A stretch of DNA of 63,425 nucleotides, filler included, from Octopus bimaculoides (Eukaryota): the NCBI RefSeq assembly GCF_001194135.2. It is 5 parts of 4 records of this genome, joined end to end, with 100 filler letters (N's around TTAATTAATTAA, not from the genome) between each part and the next. Parts side by side here need not be neighbours in the genome. Positions count along the whole stretch, not along the records: positions 1 to 19,452 come from NC_068981.1; positions 19,553 to 51,165 come from NC_068996.1; 3 more parts are not named here. The stretch is one strand, 5' to 3'. This document shows, piece after piece, positions 13,253 through 24,213 of the stretch. Both the position numbers and the translations under genes were made by a program. The stretch's first letter is position 1, and each line of letters opens with the position of its first letter. The notes under the pieces were generated by a model, which worked only from the letters and a program-made list of their open reading frames with translations, was not told where the DNA came from and did not search any database.

Positions 13253-13519
13253 NNNNNNNNNNNNNNNNNNNNNNNNNNNNNNNNNNNNNNNNNNNNNNNN
13301 NNNNNNNNNNNNNNNNNNNNNNNNNNNNNNNNNNNNNNNNNNNNNNNNNNNNNNNNNNNNNNNNNNNNNNNNNNNNNNNNNNNNNNNNNNNNNNNNNNNN
13401 NNNNNNNNNNNNNNNNNNNNATATATAATTCTCAAGCAAGAATGTTGTTGACAGTGACTTCGAAGTTTCGGCCAGTTGAACCATTGTCGGATTGAACATA
13501 AAAACAAACATTAATATAT

Positions 13520-13787
13520 ATCTTATGGTAAGAAGTTTCCTTCCCAACCACATGGTTCTGCGTTCAGTCCCACTGCCTGAGCAAGTGCCTTCTACTATAC
13601 CCTCGGGCTGACCAAAATCTTGTGAGTGGATTTGGTAGGCGGAAACTGAAAGAAGCCCGTCGGATATATATGTATATATCTATGTGTGTGTGTCTTTGAG
13701 GCTGTGCTTGTCCCCACCCTCTCCCATCATCACTTGACAACCGATGCTGATGTGTTTGCATCTCCGTACCTTAGCGGTTCGGCAAAG
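13520..13787 (+). mobile_element. SINE family A copy
   Basis: ccaaccacatggttctgcgttcagtccc...gtgagtggatttggtaggcggaaactgaaagaagcc, then microsatellite, then tail. Confidence 0.75.
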
Positions 13788-14058
13788 TGGATGAACCACA
13801 GAGGGATATTTTTCTCTTTTTACCAGTCAAATGAGATATGTGGGTATTTCTGTATGTATTTAATGGGGAGGAGTGAAAGATTTGCTAGCAAAATAAATCC
13901 ACCACCATCACCACACACCTCCATCCACATCTAACTACCATTCCTTCTATTCGCATCACCTTTCACTCCTCTCCATCAAATACACACAGAAATACCACAT
14001 ATCTTACTTCACTTTCAGACTGGAAAAAAGAGAAAAACATCCCTCTGTGGTTCATCCA
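13788..14058. repeat. Fold-back/MITE-like element with ~95-bp inverted arms
   Basis: 13788-13828 vs 14018-14058 are nearly perfect reverse complements (tggatgaaccacagagggat...ccagtc); the match continues inward to about 13879/13960. Confidence 0.75.
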
Positions 14059-14386
14059 ATAATGCTATATCGCCTGAACAAATGAATCAATGTTGATCAT
14101 CAACCGGATGCCGAAGGATACTACAGACTACACTGTAATCATCCCAGGAATATGGACTGTAATCTTAAACGTCATGTTGTTTGTGGAAACGCACGTAGCG
14201 ATAAATTAAATGTCTATAAATTCAATTCTAGGATTATTGTTATTATAATTATATTTATCCTACATTATATCAGTATAACTTGATGCAACGCCGAAAAACT
14301 GGCTCACTAGTCAGCATCATTAAACTGTGGCCGACATAATGCAATTATATATATATACACATACATACATGTATATACACATACAT

Positions 14387-14421
<35 letters not shown>

Positions 14422-14449
14422 NNNNNNNNNNTGTGTGTGTGTAATGATA

Positions 14450-14481
<32 letters not shown>

Positions 14482-14617
14482 AGCTGTGGCTGTTTATGTA
14501 TGTGTGTGGTTGGACATAGTATCGTTATATATATATAGTAAATTGATCTGCGTAAAATGTCAACAAAAAAAATTCTACCTCTAATGAGAGTCAATTATTA
14601 AGGTATGTTTGACTCCG

Positions 14618-14735
14618 CATGTATTACACGCGCTACTACTAGTTTCACAAACATGATGACCTTTATTTGTCATGTAGCGCCCGATGAACCTACTTGACAT
14701 GTACGTGAAACTATTAGTAGCGCGTGTAATACATG
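14618..14735. repeat. Inverted repeat, 38-bp arms, overlapping a hammerhead motif
   Basis: 14618-14655 vs 14698-14735 are reverse-complementary with 3 mismatches. Confidence 0.85.
14677..14723 (+). ncRNA. Minimal type I hammerhead ribozyme-like motif (U4C variant)
   Basis: GCGC-CCGAUGA-[AC.UAC loop GUA.GU]-GAAA-CUAUUAG-UA^-GCGC: helix I GCGC/GCGC, GUA cleavage triplet, quasi-palindromic helix III. Confidence 0.6.
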
Positions 14736-15535
14736 TGCAGTAGAACACATAATTTTATATACATATATATATATATATAATAATATAAATAATATATAAT
14801 TATATGCATATATACATACATATATGTATATACCTACATATATATGTATATATACATGCATATATGGGTACAGAACATCAAAAAACGTGAACAAAATGAG
14901 AAACGAGAACATAAAAAACAAAAACATACNNNNNNNNNNNNNNNNNNNNNNNNNNNNNNNNNNNNNNNNNNNNNNNNNNNNNNNNNNNNNNNNNNNNNNN
15001 NNNNNNNNNNNNNNNNNNNNNNNNNNNNNNNNNNNNNNNNNNNNNNNNNNNNNNNNNNNNNNNNNNNNNNNNNNNNNNNNNNNNNNNNNNNNNNNNNNNN
15101 NNNNNNNNNNNNNNNNNNNNNNNNNNNNNNNNNNNNNNNNNNNNNNNNNNNNNNNNNNNNNNNNNNNNNNNNNNNNNNNNNNNNNNNNNNNNNNNNNNNN
15201 NNNNNNNNNNNNNNNNNNNNNNNNNNNNNNNNNNNNNNNNNNNNNNNNNNNNNNNNNNNNNNNNNNNNNNNNNNNNNNNNNNNNNNNNNNNNNNNNNNNN
15301 NNNNNNNNNNNNNNNNNNNNNNNNNNNNNNNNNNNNNNNNNNNNNNNNNNNNNNNNNNNNNNNNNNNNNNNNNNNNNNNNNNNNNNNNNNNNNNNNNNNN
15401 NNNNNNNNNNNNNNNNNNNNNNNNNNNNNNNNNNNNNNNNNNNNNNNNNNNNNNNNNNNNNNNNNNNNNNNNNNNNNNNNNNNNNNNNNNNNNTATATAT
15501 ATATATATATATACATACATACACACATATATATA

Positions 15536-15567
<32 letters not shown>

Positions 15568-15649
15568 ATAATATAAATAATATATAATTATATGCATATA
15601 TACATACATATATGTATATACCTACATATATATGTATATATACATGCAT

Positions 15650-16285
15650 ATATGGGTACAGAACATCAAAAAACGTGAACAAAATGAGAAACGAGAACAT
15701 AAAAAACAAAAACATACAAAACGAACATTTTTTCGAACAAGGAAAGAAACGAGACAGGCAACATAAAGAACATTTCCATCATCAGTTGTCCCCTGTTTTA
15801 TCTACTTTCGAAAGTAGGGACAAGACGCGACGTCGTTAAAACAGTCCTCGCAAAACGAATTAAATAAAATTTGGGATTTTTTGCGGAGGGTTAAAGTGGT
15901 TACAAAAACAGGACAGTAAGAACAAAACAGTAAAAACAAATGGTGAGGGCTGTTAAGCCATGACGAGCTGAAGTAGTGAACGCTGGAAAAACGAGCTTTG
16001 AAAAGAGACAAGCAAAGCACGTCTTGTCTTTAGGAAGGAATTGGAAGAAAGAAAGATAGATAGCCGTTGGTCACGTGTGAGCAACGAGAGCGTCAAGGAG
16101 GAAGAGTGAGAGAGGGAGAGGGAACGGTGAAGAGGTGAGGAGAAGAATAGGGAATGGGTGGGAGAGAAAAACAGAAAGGAAGAAGAACAAGTGAGGGAGA
16201 TAGATAGAATAGAGATAGGATGTAGAGTGCGCATCGGAATTATTAAAATAAAACTTACTTGGAAAAGGATGTGTGGTGTTCAATC
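15650..16285. mobile_element. Unclassified interspersed repeat
   Basis: Complex non-coding block flanked by imperfect ~50-bp AT-rich direct repeats (15566 and 16287), with a 16-bp palindrome at 15802-15817; family not assignable. Confidence 0.3.
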
Positions 16286-16679
16286 ATATAATATAAATAA
16301 TATATAAATATATGCATATATACACATATGTATATATATATTGATGATGGGGTTGTGCTTGACGCGCAATAATTAAACCATTCAGGTTTCGGCTCTAATG
16401 TTAATCGCCGTTAAACTCCTACACAAGTCCTCCGTATTCGAGGGTAGGTTATGACGTGTTTCCTCTTCAGCAACCTGATGATGTGTTTGATTACCATGCT
16501 GGCACTATGCAGAGAATCTACTGATTGCATGTCATGTGATATCATGTGTTGCAGAATACTAAAACATATATAACAGATGAAATAAAGTACCAAGTCAATG
16601 CTCATGTTCTTTTTCTCTCACATACATACATACATACATACATACATACATACATACATACATACATACATACATTTTC

Positions 16680-16990
16680 GATCATGTGACTACTGACATG
16701 GTGGAGCACCGCCTTTAGTCGAAGAAATCGACCCCAAAATTTATTCTTTGTAAGCCTAGTACTTATTCTATCGTTGTGTGTGTTTATTGAGCAAAAACAC
16801 CTAAAAGCTCCACGAGGCTCCGGCAGGGGGTGGTGGCGACCCCTGTTGTACTCTTTCGCTCCAACTTTCTCTCACTCTTTCTTTCTATTTCTTGAGTAAC
16901 GCTGCGATGGACAGGCGTCCTGTCCAGCTGGGGGGAACCCATACGCCATAGAAACCGGGAAACCTGTCTAGGCTTTGAAAGGGCGAAAAA
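16680..16990. mobile_element. Composite SINE remnant (family A tail, family B body, family C tail)
   Basis: Segments match 54440-54540, 52235-52330 and the reverse complement of 7205-7320 respectively. Confidence 0.65.
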
Positions 16991-17297
16991 AAAAGAGATA
17001 TGCATGTATACATGTACANNNNNNNNNNNNNNNNNNNNNNNNNNNNNNNNNNNNNNNNNNNNNNNNNNNNNNNNNNNNNNNNNNNNNNNNNNNNNNNNNN
17101 NNNNNNNNNNNNNNNNNNNNNNNNNNNNNNNNNNNNNNNNNNNNNNNNNNNNNNNNNNNNNNNNNNNNNNNNNNNNNNNNNNNNNNNNNNNNNNNNNNNN
17201 NNNNNNNNNNNNNNNNNNNNNNNNNNNNNNNNNNNNNNNNNNNNNNNNNNNNNNNNNNNNNNNNNNNNNNNNATATATATATATATATATATATATA

Positions 17298-18220
17298 GGG
17301 CGAATAACATTTCGGATCTCTGCTTCACAAACAATACGGACATCTTTCATGATGCGAAAGTGACGCCGACATTAGCTTCGGATCACAACATAATAGAGCT
17401 GTCTATGTATGGACCGCAAGTAGCCAGAGACATACAGCCTAAAGGAAGCACCCAAAATCTCTCCAATCTCTTCAATCTCTCCAATCTCTCCAATCTTTCC
17501 AATCTAAACTTCCACAAAGCACACTGGAAATTGACCCGAAAAGAGATCCTCAGACAGGACTGGCCTAAATGTCTCTCCACACCAGACATTGGCATGAAAC
17601 TAGAATATCTCATGTCTGTTATGCAAACTATATGCCATAAATATGTCCCAGAGCATAAGGCCAACACATAAAGGAATGAGATTCCAAGGGAGAGGAAGAT
17701 CCTCATGAGACGACCGTCGAAGGTTGCAAACACTGATAGAGATTGAAAAAAGCCTGCAACAATCCTATGGGAAGGAGAAAGCAGACAAAAAAGCCTGGGT
17801 TATAAAAAACATTATGTCAAACCAAAAGGCCTGCTTTCATTATGCCAAAGAAACAGCCCCAGTACGCTACAAAATAGGACCCCTCTTCCAAAAGGATGGC
17901 TCCCTCACAGATAGTCTAACCATGATCAGTGAGATACTGAATGACCAGTTCAAAAATGTCTTTACCACCATTGGAACACAGACAAGTGAACGAACCAGTG
18001 GATTTCTTTGCCGTCTCACCAGCGAGGCAGTTAGGATGGCTTACATCGACATTAGCGAAGAAGGTATACTACTAGCCATAGATGAGTGGGCGCAAACTCA
18101 ACTGCTGGTCCTGATGGTTTCCCAGCAATCCGCCTCAAATCGTTTAAGCGTGTCCTGGTGAAACCACTACAGATTCTCTTCCAGAGCTTTCTTGCAAATG
18201 GCAGGCTGTCATGCAAACCG
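17298..18220 (+). mobile_element. CR1-clade LINE ORF2 fragment (end of APE, linker, start of RT)
   Basis: DLCFTNN, SDHNIIE, NFHKAHW, ISEILNDQFKNVFT, and a frameshifted AGPDGFP...PLQILFQSFL; stops and frameshifts. Confidence 0.8.
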
Positions 18221-19140
18221 ACATCTTCAGAATTATACTAGGGGAGGTACCTCAGTATGCCATTTAATTTGATAGATAAAAATAAAAGAAAGAACTAAAG
18301 TTACCGAGATCCAATTTGAGTCACGAAGTGGAGTGGCTACTGCAGCGAGCGTTGCAGGGCATTCTCACCGCGGCAAAGCCATCGCGGTGCGGCTGAGTAC
18401 ATCACTTGTTGTGGGGTATGTGACCCATCGCCCCTCCCCCTTCACCTTCTGCTGCTTTACCCTACCCACCCCTTTTCTCTTTTCCTTACCTCTTTTTTTC
18501 CTGCTTCTGTGTATTTAAATTCATTTCAGAGATGTTCTATCTTCAGACTGCAATTTTAGTGCTACCTATGAAATACTCCAGAAAAAATACTGTTTTGAAA
18601 GAAATCATTCTCTGTAAACATTCAACTACCTAAGTTTCAAAATAAGCGTGATCTCCTGTCGTGGACGACACATGAAAGTTTCGCAATATTTTGCTAACTA
18701 ACCTACACAGATGATTCATTTATAGTAATCAAATATTTGTGTTGTACATTCGTTCAATCTTTCCACCATATTGCCATTCCCTGTGCAAAGTGTATTGCCT
18801 GTACATGTGCTGTGCTACGCCTCAGATGTCGAAGTGATTGCAGAGCGACGTGAAATGAAGTGTTTTGCCCAACACCAAGACCGAGCTGGTGACCAAGATT
18901 AAGGAGGTGTTCGAAGATCTTCCCAGCGACAGAATGGGGAACGCTTGCGCCATGTTCCGCTTGAGGCCGTGGTGAAAGCTGAGGGTAGCTACTTTGAGAA
19001 AACTGTTATCTCTCAGCCATAATCTAGTTGATATATTTTGATTTTTTTTTTAAATACAGCAATCCCTCGACTATCGCAATGTTACGTCCCAAAACCCCAC
19101 ACGATAGGTGAAAATCCGCGAAGTAGAAACAGTACTGTAC

Positions 19141-19370
19141 GGCGAGCTGGCAGAAACGTTAGCACGTCGGGCGAAATGCTTAGCGCTATTTCGTCTGCCG
19201 TTACGTTTTGAGTTCAAATTCCACCGAGGTCGACTTTGCCTTTCATCCTTTCGGGGTCGATAAATTAAGTACCAGTTACGCACTGGGGTCGGTATAATCG
19301 ACTTAATCCGTTTGTCTGTCCTTGTTTGTCCCCTCTGTGTGTAGCCTCTTGTGAGTGGTAAAGAAATAAT
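19141..19370 (+). mobile_element. SINE family D (tRNA head + Deu/Nin-like domain)
   Basis: ggcgagctggcagaa (A-box-like), gagttcaaattcc (B-box-like), gcctttcatcctttcggggtcgataaattaagtaccag (resembles the Deu/Nin domain as recalled). Confidence 0.75.
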
Positions 19371-19552
19371 ACATACATACATATACATAGACACATACAC
19401 ACACATAGACATGCATGTACTCTACACACACATAGACATGCATGTACTCATCNNNNNNNNNNNNNNNNNNNNNNNNNNNNNNNNNNNNNNNNNNNNTTAA
19501 TTAATTAANNNNNNNNNNNNNNNNNNNNNNNNNNNNNNNNNNNNNNNNNNNN

Positions 19553-19915
19553 GTCACCTTGTTTATGGCTAGTGTTTCCAGAATCCACGTGTGGGGAACA
19601 CTGTCGAAAGCCTTTTGGTAGTCCACCCAGGCCATACTGAGGCCTTTCTTCTTTCAGCGGCTGTCTTCAGTTATGGCTTTATTGATCAATAATTGATCTT
19701 TACAGCCGTATGAGCCCTTGCAGCATCCCTTCTGCTCTTCTGTAAACAGGTAGTTATTTTCCAGGTGCTTACTCAATCTCTGCGATATTATTGCAGTAAA
19801 GGCTTTGCAGATCGTAGGGAGACAGGTTATAGGTCTCTAGTTTTGTGGTTTCTCCGTTTCGTGGATTTGGGGATTAAGATGGTTTTTCCTTTTGTGAGCC
19901 ATTCAGGCATTTTCT
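19553..19915 (-). mobile_element. R4/Dong-clade non-LTR RT fragment
   Basis: Minus strand: RPITCLPTICKAF...EEQKGCCKGSYGCKDQLLINK...LSMAWVDYQKAFDSVPHTWI. Confidence 0.85.
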
Positions 19916-20555
19916 TCTTCTTATTATTATTATCATCATTATTATTATTATCATTGTTATTATTATTAAAACCGTCACATTATCACATAGCTGTAATTAG
20001 CTTCACGTTCCCGTTCGTGGGACAGTTGTATTCATCACAACTGTCCGACAAACTGGAACGTGATATTGTGTGTGTGTGTGTGGAACTCACTGCGTGCGCG
20101 CGTGTGTATGATTCTGTGTGTGTGTCTCTATGTGTGTGAGTGTGTGAGTGTGTGTGTGTGTGAACAATATCAATTCTAAAGGTGCGAAATTGTAATGATG
20201 TTTTTGCCTTTCTCCCACGCTCTTTCTCTCTCTTTCCCTCCCTAATACTGTACTTCTTTCTTCGTTCTGACTTTCTGTCCTCTCGCCTCCAGTACTTCAG
20301 ATCACTCTCATTGTTTATTGTATATATATGTTTTTGTTTGTTGTGTTTATTTGGTCATTGTCCGGTACATTCGTTAGCTATTCCTAGTGGCCTTTCGCCA
20401 CTGTTGCCACTAAAAGTGAATAATATCAACGTTAAACGTGCGTAATTTTAAGGATTTTTTGGGCATACTCTGATGAGGAATAAGCTACAAATCTTCTGTT
20501 TATGTTTGTGTAAAAGTTTCGATTTGTTCTGATTTAGTTAAATTTGTTAATATAT

Positions 20556-20680
<125 letters not shown>

Positions 20681-20923
20681 TCTGCGTATCTCCTTCTGTC
20701 TATCAATCTATGTGTGTATCTATCTAAATATATATAACTGGAACCTTAGAAATTGCTTGTCCGAGTATGCTGTAAAACAATTTCTGACAGTTTTACTAAA
20801 CAGAATTTTCAGATGCAAAATAGTGTATTAAATGCAAGAGTGCAACAGCAGTTGATGCACTATCGAAACCCGCATTCGAGTGCAACAGCATTCAATGCAC
20901 TATTGAAACCCGTATTTTGCTTA

Positions 20924-21776
20924 TACGAGGTTTTATCAATAAGTATCCGGACTGTTGCCGCATTAACGAAGCTAAAGCACACAGAGTAAAGCCGCTTGGC
21001 ACAGATTGACTTTGGACGCTGTTGTGCATGTGCACTAAGTTCTACTGTTCTGGCTTACATCCGCTGTTTACAGCAGCGCTTGGAAGGAACGTGTATAGCG
21101 TGTGATCGTCGCGTTGACCATGACAAAGAAAGTTGTGATGGCGATATTACAGGAAGTGTATGGAGAGGAATGTATGAGACGAACACAAGTGTACAAGCGG
21201 TTCAAAACCTACGTTTAAAGATGGCTGAAAAATGTCGATATTAACGAACGTTCTGGGAGATCCGCAACCAGCAGAACTAAGAAAAACATCGCATATATGC
21301 GTGCAGCTGTGATGGGAATTCGTTGAATCACCATCCGTGAGTTATCAGAGTATGTGCAGATTATTCACAGTTCAGTTGGGTGTGAGACGCGTATCTTCCA
21401 AGTTTGTACCAAAATTGCTTTCAGCTGACCAAGAATACACTCGGGTTTCAGTTGCACAAGTTATTCTTGATTGTGTCTTGACCGCAAAAAATCTTTTTGA
21501 AAACTTTCCATAAGCATCTGAGCAGGTATCGCCAAGCGTTTGGTAAAATTTGATGTAGATTCTCTGCACAACTTTTGTTGTCATGATCAATACGACGATC
21601 ACACGCTACACATGCTATTTCCAAGCTCCACTTTAAACAGCGAAAGTGAGCTAAGCTGTTAAAATTTAGTGCGAATGCACAGCAGAGTTCAAGGTCGATT
21701 TGTTCCAAGTCGCCTCACTCTGCTTTAGCTTCGTTACTATAGCAACTGTACGGACACTTATTGATCACTTCACATA
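20924..21776. mobile_element. Mariner-derived fold-back element made of two inverted 5' ends
   Basis: TA|tacgagg...atcaataagtatccggac at the left, with its inverted counterpart at about 21745-21776. The ~200-bp arms extend into the ORF start; HTH-region peptides (VYGEECM, SGR, VSSKFVPKLLS on plus; QRIYIKFYQTLG on minus). Confidence 0.75.
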
Positions 21777-22884
21777 CATGAATTCATGCAACACCAGCGA
21801 TCTAGTTTTTTTTCTTTTTCTTTGGTCCTAGATTTCTGAAAAACATTCCAAGGTTTGATATTATGTGGGAGATGATTAGTTGATTACCCGAGTTCATTCT
21901 TCAGATGGTACTTATTTCATACTCCCCAAAATTATAAAATCTGATCTCGCTGAAATTTGAACTCCGAGCATGAAGATGAACGAAATGTCATTAAGCATTT
22001 TGTACTAACAAATTGGTCAGTCCACCGCCTTAAAAGTTTCTGATAAAAATAAAAGAACTTATAAATTAGTGGAATATTTTTTGGCAATGAAGTTTTTGAA
22101 GATGAAACCCATGCAGTTTGTTACTAATTACTATCAGCAGAACCCTTTAATTCTTCGAACATATTCTGATCAGGAGATCAGCTATTAACCAATTCGAATT
22201 CATATTACAGTACATTCCTTGCCAAAAATATTTTCTAAAGCAACAGTCGTGTTGTTTTCCTTTTTCTCTTAACGTTATTACTACCTCCAAAACTTTTCTG
22301 AAGTATATCTTACATGCATAACATTTCTCTTAACGACACCAGATCATTTTCAAACAATATCAAATAACCATGTACTTCATAAAAGGTGTTTAGTTTACGC
22401 CCACTTCAGTTTCTTTGTTATCTTTCCATTTCCATTTCTTTTGAACTGCTCTAAATAAATTGTCTGAACTTCGTTTTGATGATCAGTTGACATTTTGATT
22501 GGAAACTTGAACTTAAATTGACATATGGCATCCTATTTCAATAAGTTTAGATATTCTGATTCATATTGCTTCCAAATTGATAAAGTAACAATTTCTTCAT
22601 TTTTTTAAAAATTGCTTCGTCTTCTGAATTATATAACGCATAGTTAATTTGCCGACAGTGCGATCTCAGCCCGTCTTGGCATTTAAAGCAACATTATTGT
22701 TTCATAATTATCACTCATCTTTGTTCAAAGCTTCTTCTTAGATCTTCATCATTTATGTATATATATATATTAATAATAATAATAATAATAATATGACAAC
22801 AAAAGAATAAATGAGACCTCGATATTATGTAAAATAGAGGAATTTATCAAGAAAAATAATATGTGACAATTAGTTGGTTGTCAC

Positions 22885-22944
22885 AATAAAACTCAGAGTT
22901 TCGAATGCCGGGGCTGAAGTCTGCTCCGGCATTTGATCAGTTAC
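22885..22944 (-). ncRNA. Degenerate type I hammerhead-like motif
   Basis: Minus: AGUAA-CUGAUCA-AAUGCCGG(13-nt loop)CCGGCAUU-C-GAAA-CUCUGAG-UU^-UUAUU. Helix I and II pair; G8 is C. Confidence 0.45.
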
Positions 22945-23439
22945 TAAGACAAATAAAAACGCTATGAAAATTCACCGTTGAATAAAGGGAAATTACTCCA
23001 ATAGGCATGGGGAAAGTAAAACTTCTTTCATAGAATCCGCATATGCACACATATATAAATACACATACACGTACGCACATACACATATGTATGTATATAT
23101 ATATATACACATACTCACACGCGTGTACATATACATACAAACAAGCATACACACACACACACACACACGCACACACATATATATATATATATATATGACT
23201 ACGCATACACGTACATACATACGCATATATACCCATGCACGTACCACCATGCTCATATACACATCTCTACACGCACTCACATATACATACACGATTATCC
23301 AAAACGTAGCTTATACGCACATATACATACATACGCGGATATACAAAACGTAGTCTATACGCACATGCACATACGTACGCGGATAGACGTATATACGAAT
23401 AAATACACACACACACACATATATAGTTGCAATTTACAA

Positions 23440-23590
23440 AAACAAGACAAAACAACAGACGAAGTCGGGTGTGTAAACAACAAACAGATGTATTAGTTTA
23501 ACGCTTGGGAAGTGAGAAAATCTTTTACGTTTCGAGACTACGCTCTTCAAAGAAAGAAACACGGAAATAAACAGAGAAAATAAAATAAAG
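23440..23590 (-). mobile_element. Short PLE-like repeat carrying a degenerate hammerhead (same family as 25740-25880)
   Basis: Minus: tcttt-ctttgaa-gagcgtagtctc-gaaa-cg-ta-aaaga, followed by the same downstream sequence as the 25.8-kb copy. Confidence 0.6.
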
Positions 23591-23611
23591 CGAGAGAATA
23601 TATATATATAT

Positions 23612-24000
23612 ATATGAAGAATAATAATAAATGGAGCAAAACGTATATAATCAAAAAGTTATTTTAATTCCTACATATGTTTCAAAATATATGTGCACCC
23701 TTCTTCAAAGAAGTAAGAGGTGCTGGAATTGCACATAAATTCATCGTCAGGGAACCAACATACTAAAGCAAGACATGCATTAAATGCTAAGGTTGCGTGC
23801 GGGTTATAACATTATATAACCTTAGCATTTAACGCATGTCTTGCTTTTGCATGTTGGTTTCCTGACGATGAATTTATGTGCAATTCCAGCACCTCTTACT
23901 TCTTTGGAGTAGAATGCACATATATTTTGAAACATATTTAGGAATTAAGAGACCTTATTGATTATATGCGTTTTGCTCCATTTATTACTATTCTTCATAT
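23612..24000. repeat. Fold-back element, 183-bp inverted arms, 23-nt spacer; probable PLE pseudo-LTR derivative
   Basis: 23612-23794 vs 23818-24000 are highly similar reverse complements; each arm carries CTGACGA...GAAACATAT. Confidence 0.9.
23669..23754 (-). ncRNA. Type I hammerhead ribozyme motif with palindromic helix III
   Basis: Minus: UUCC-CUGACGA-long helix II (AUGUGCA/UGCACAU)-GAAA-C-AUAU-G-UA^-GGAA. The core and helix I are canonical; the right-arm copy has GUA changed to UUA. Confidence 0.65.
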
Positions 24001-24155
24001 TTACTCAAGATACATCACTTTAACTTGTTATGTCTACCCATTAACCGGGTATGATATCCCAATTTTTCGTGTAATTTTTGCTACCCTGGTAACTATTAAC
24101 ATATTTTCATTATCGAAGTTTTTTTCAACTGAGATAATATTAATATATACATAAA

Positions 24156-24213
<58 letters not shown>

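Noticed and set aside
14760-15718. Identical ~170-bp sequence on both sides of the 14930-15493 gap
   Set aside because: Exact duplication at contig ends flanking a gap is most likely unmerged overlap, not a tandem duplication.
19497-19508. TTAATTAATTAA flanked by 44 N on each side, repeated at 51210, 54713 and 60557
   Set aside because: An identical 100-bp N-linker-N block with stops in all six frames: an assembly spacer, not biology.
22140-22740. Minus-strand partly open frame (NEEIVTLSIWKQY...)
   Set aside because: Probably an old LINE fragment but no diagnostic motif could be assigned.
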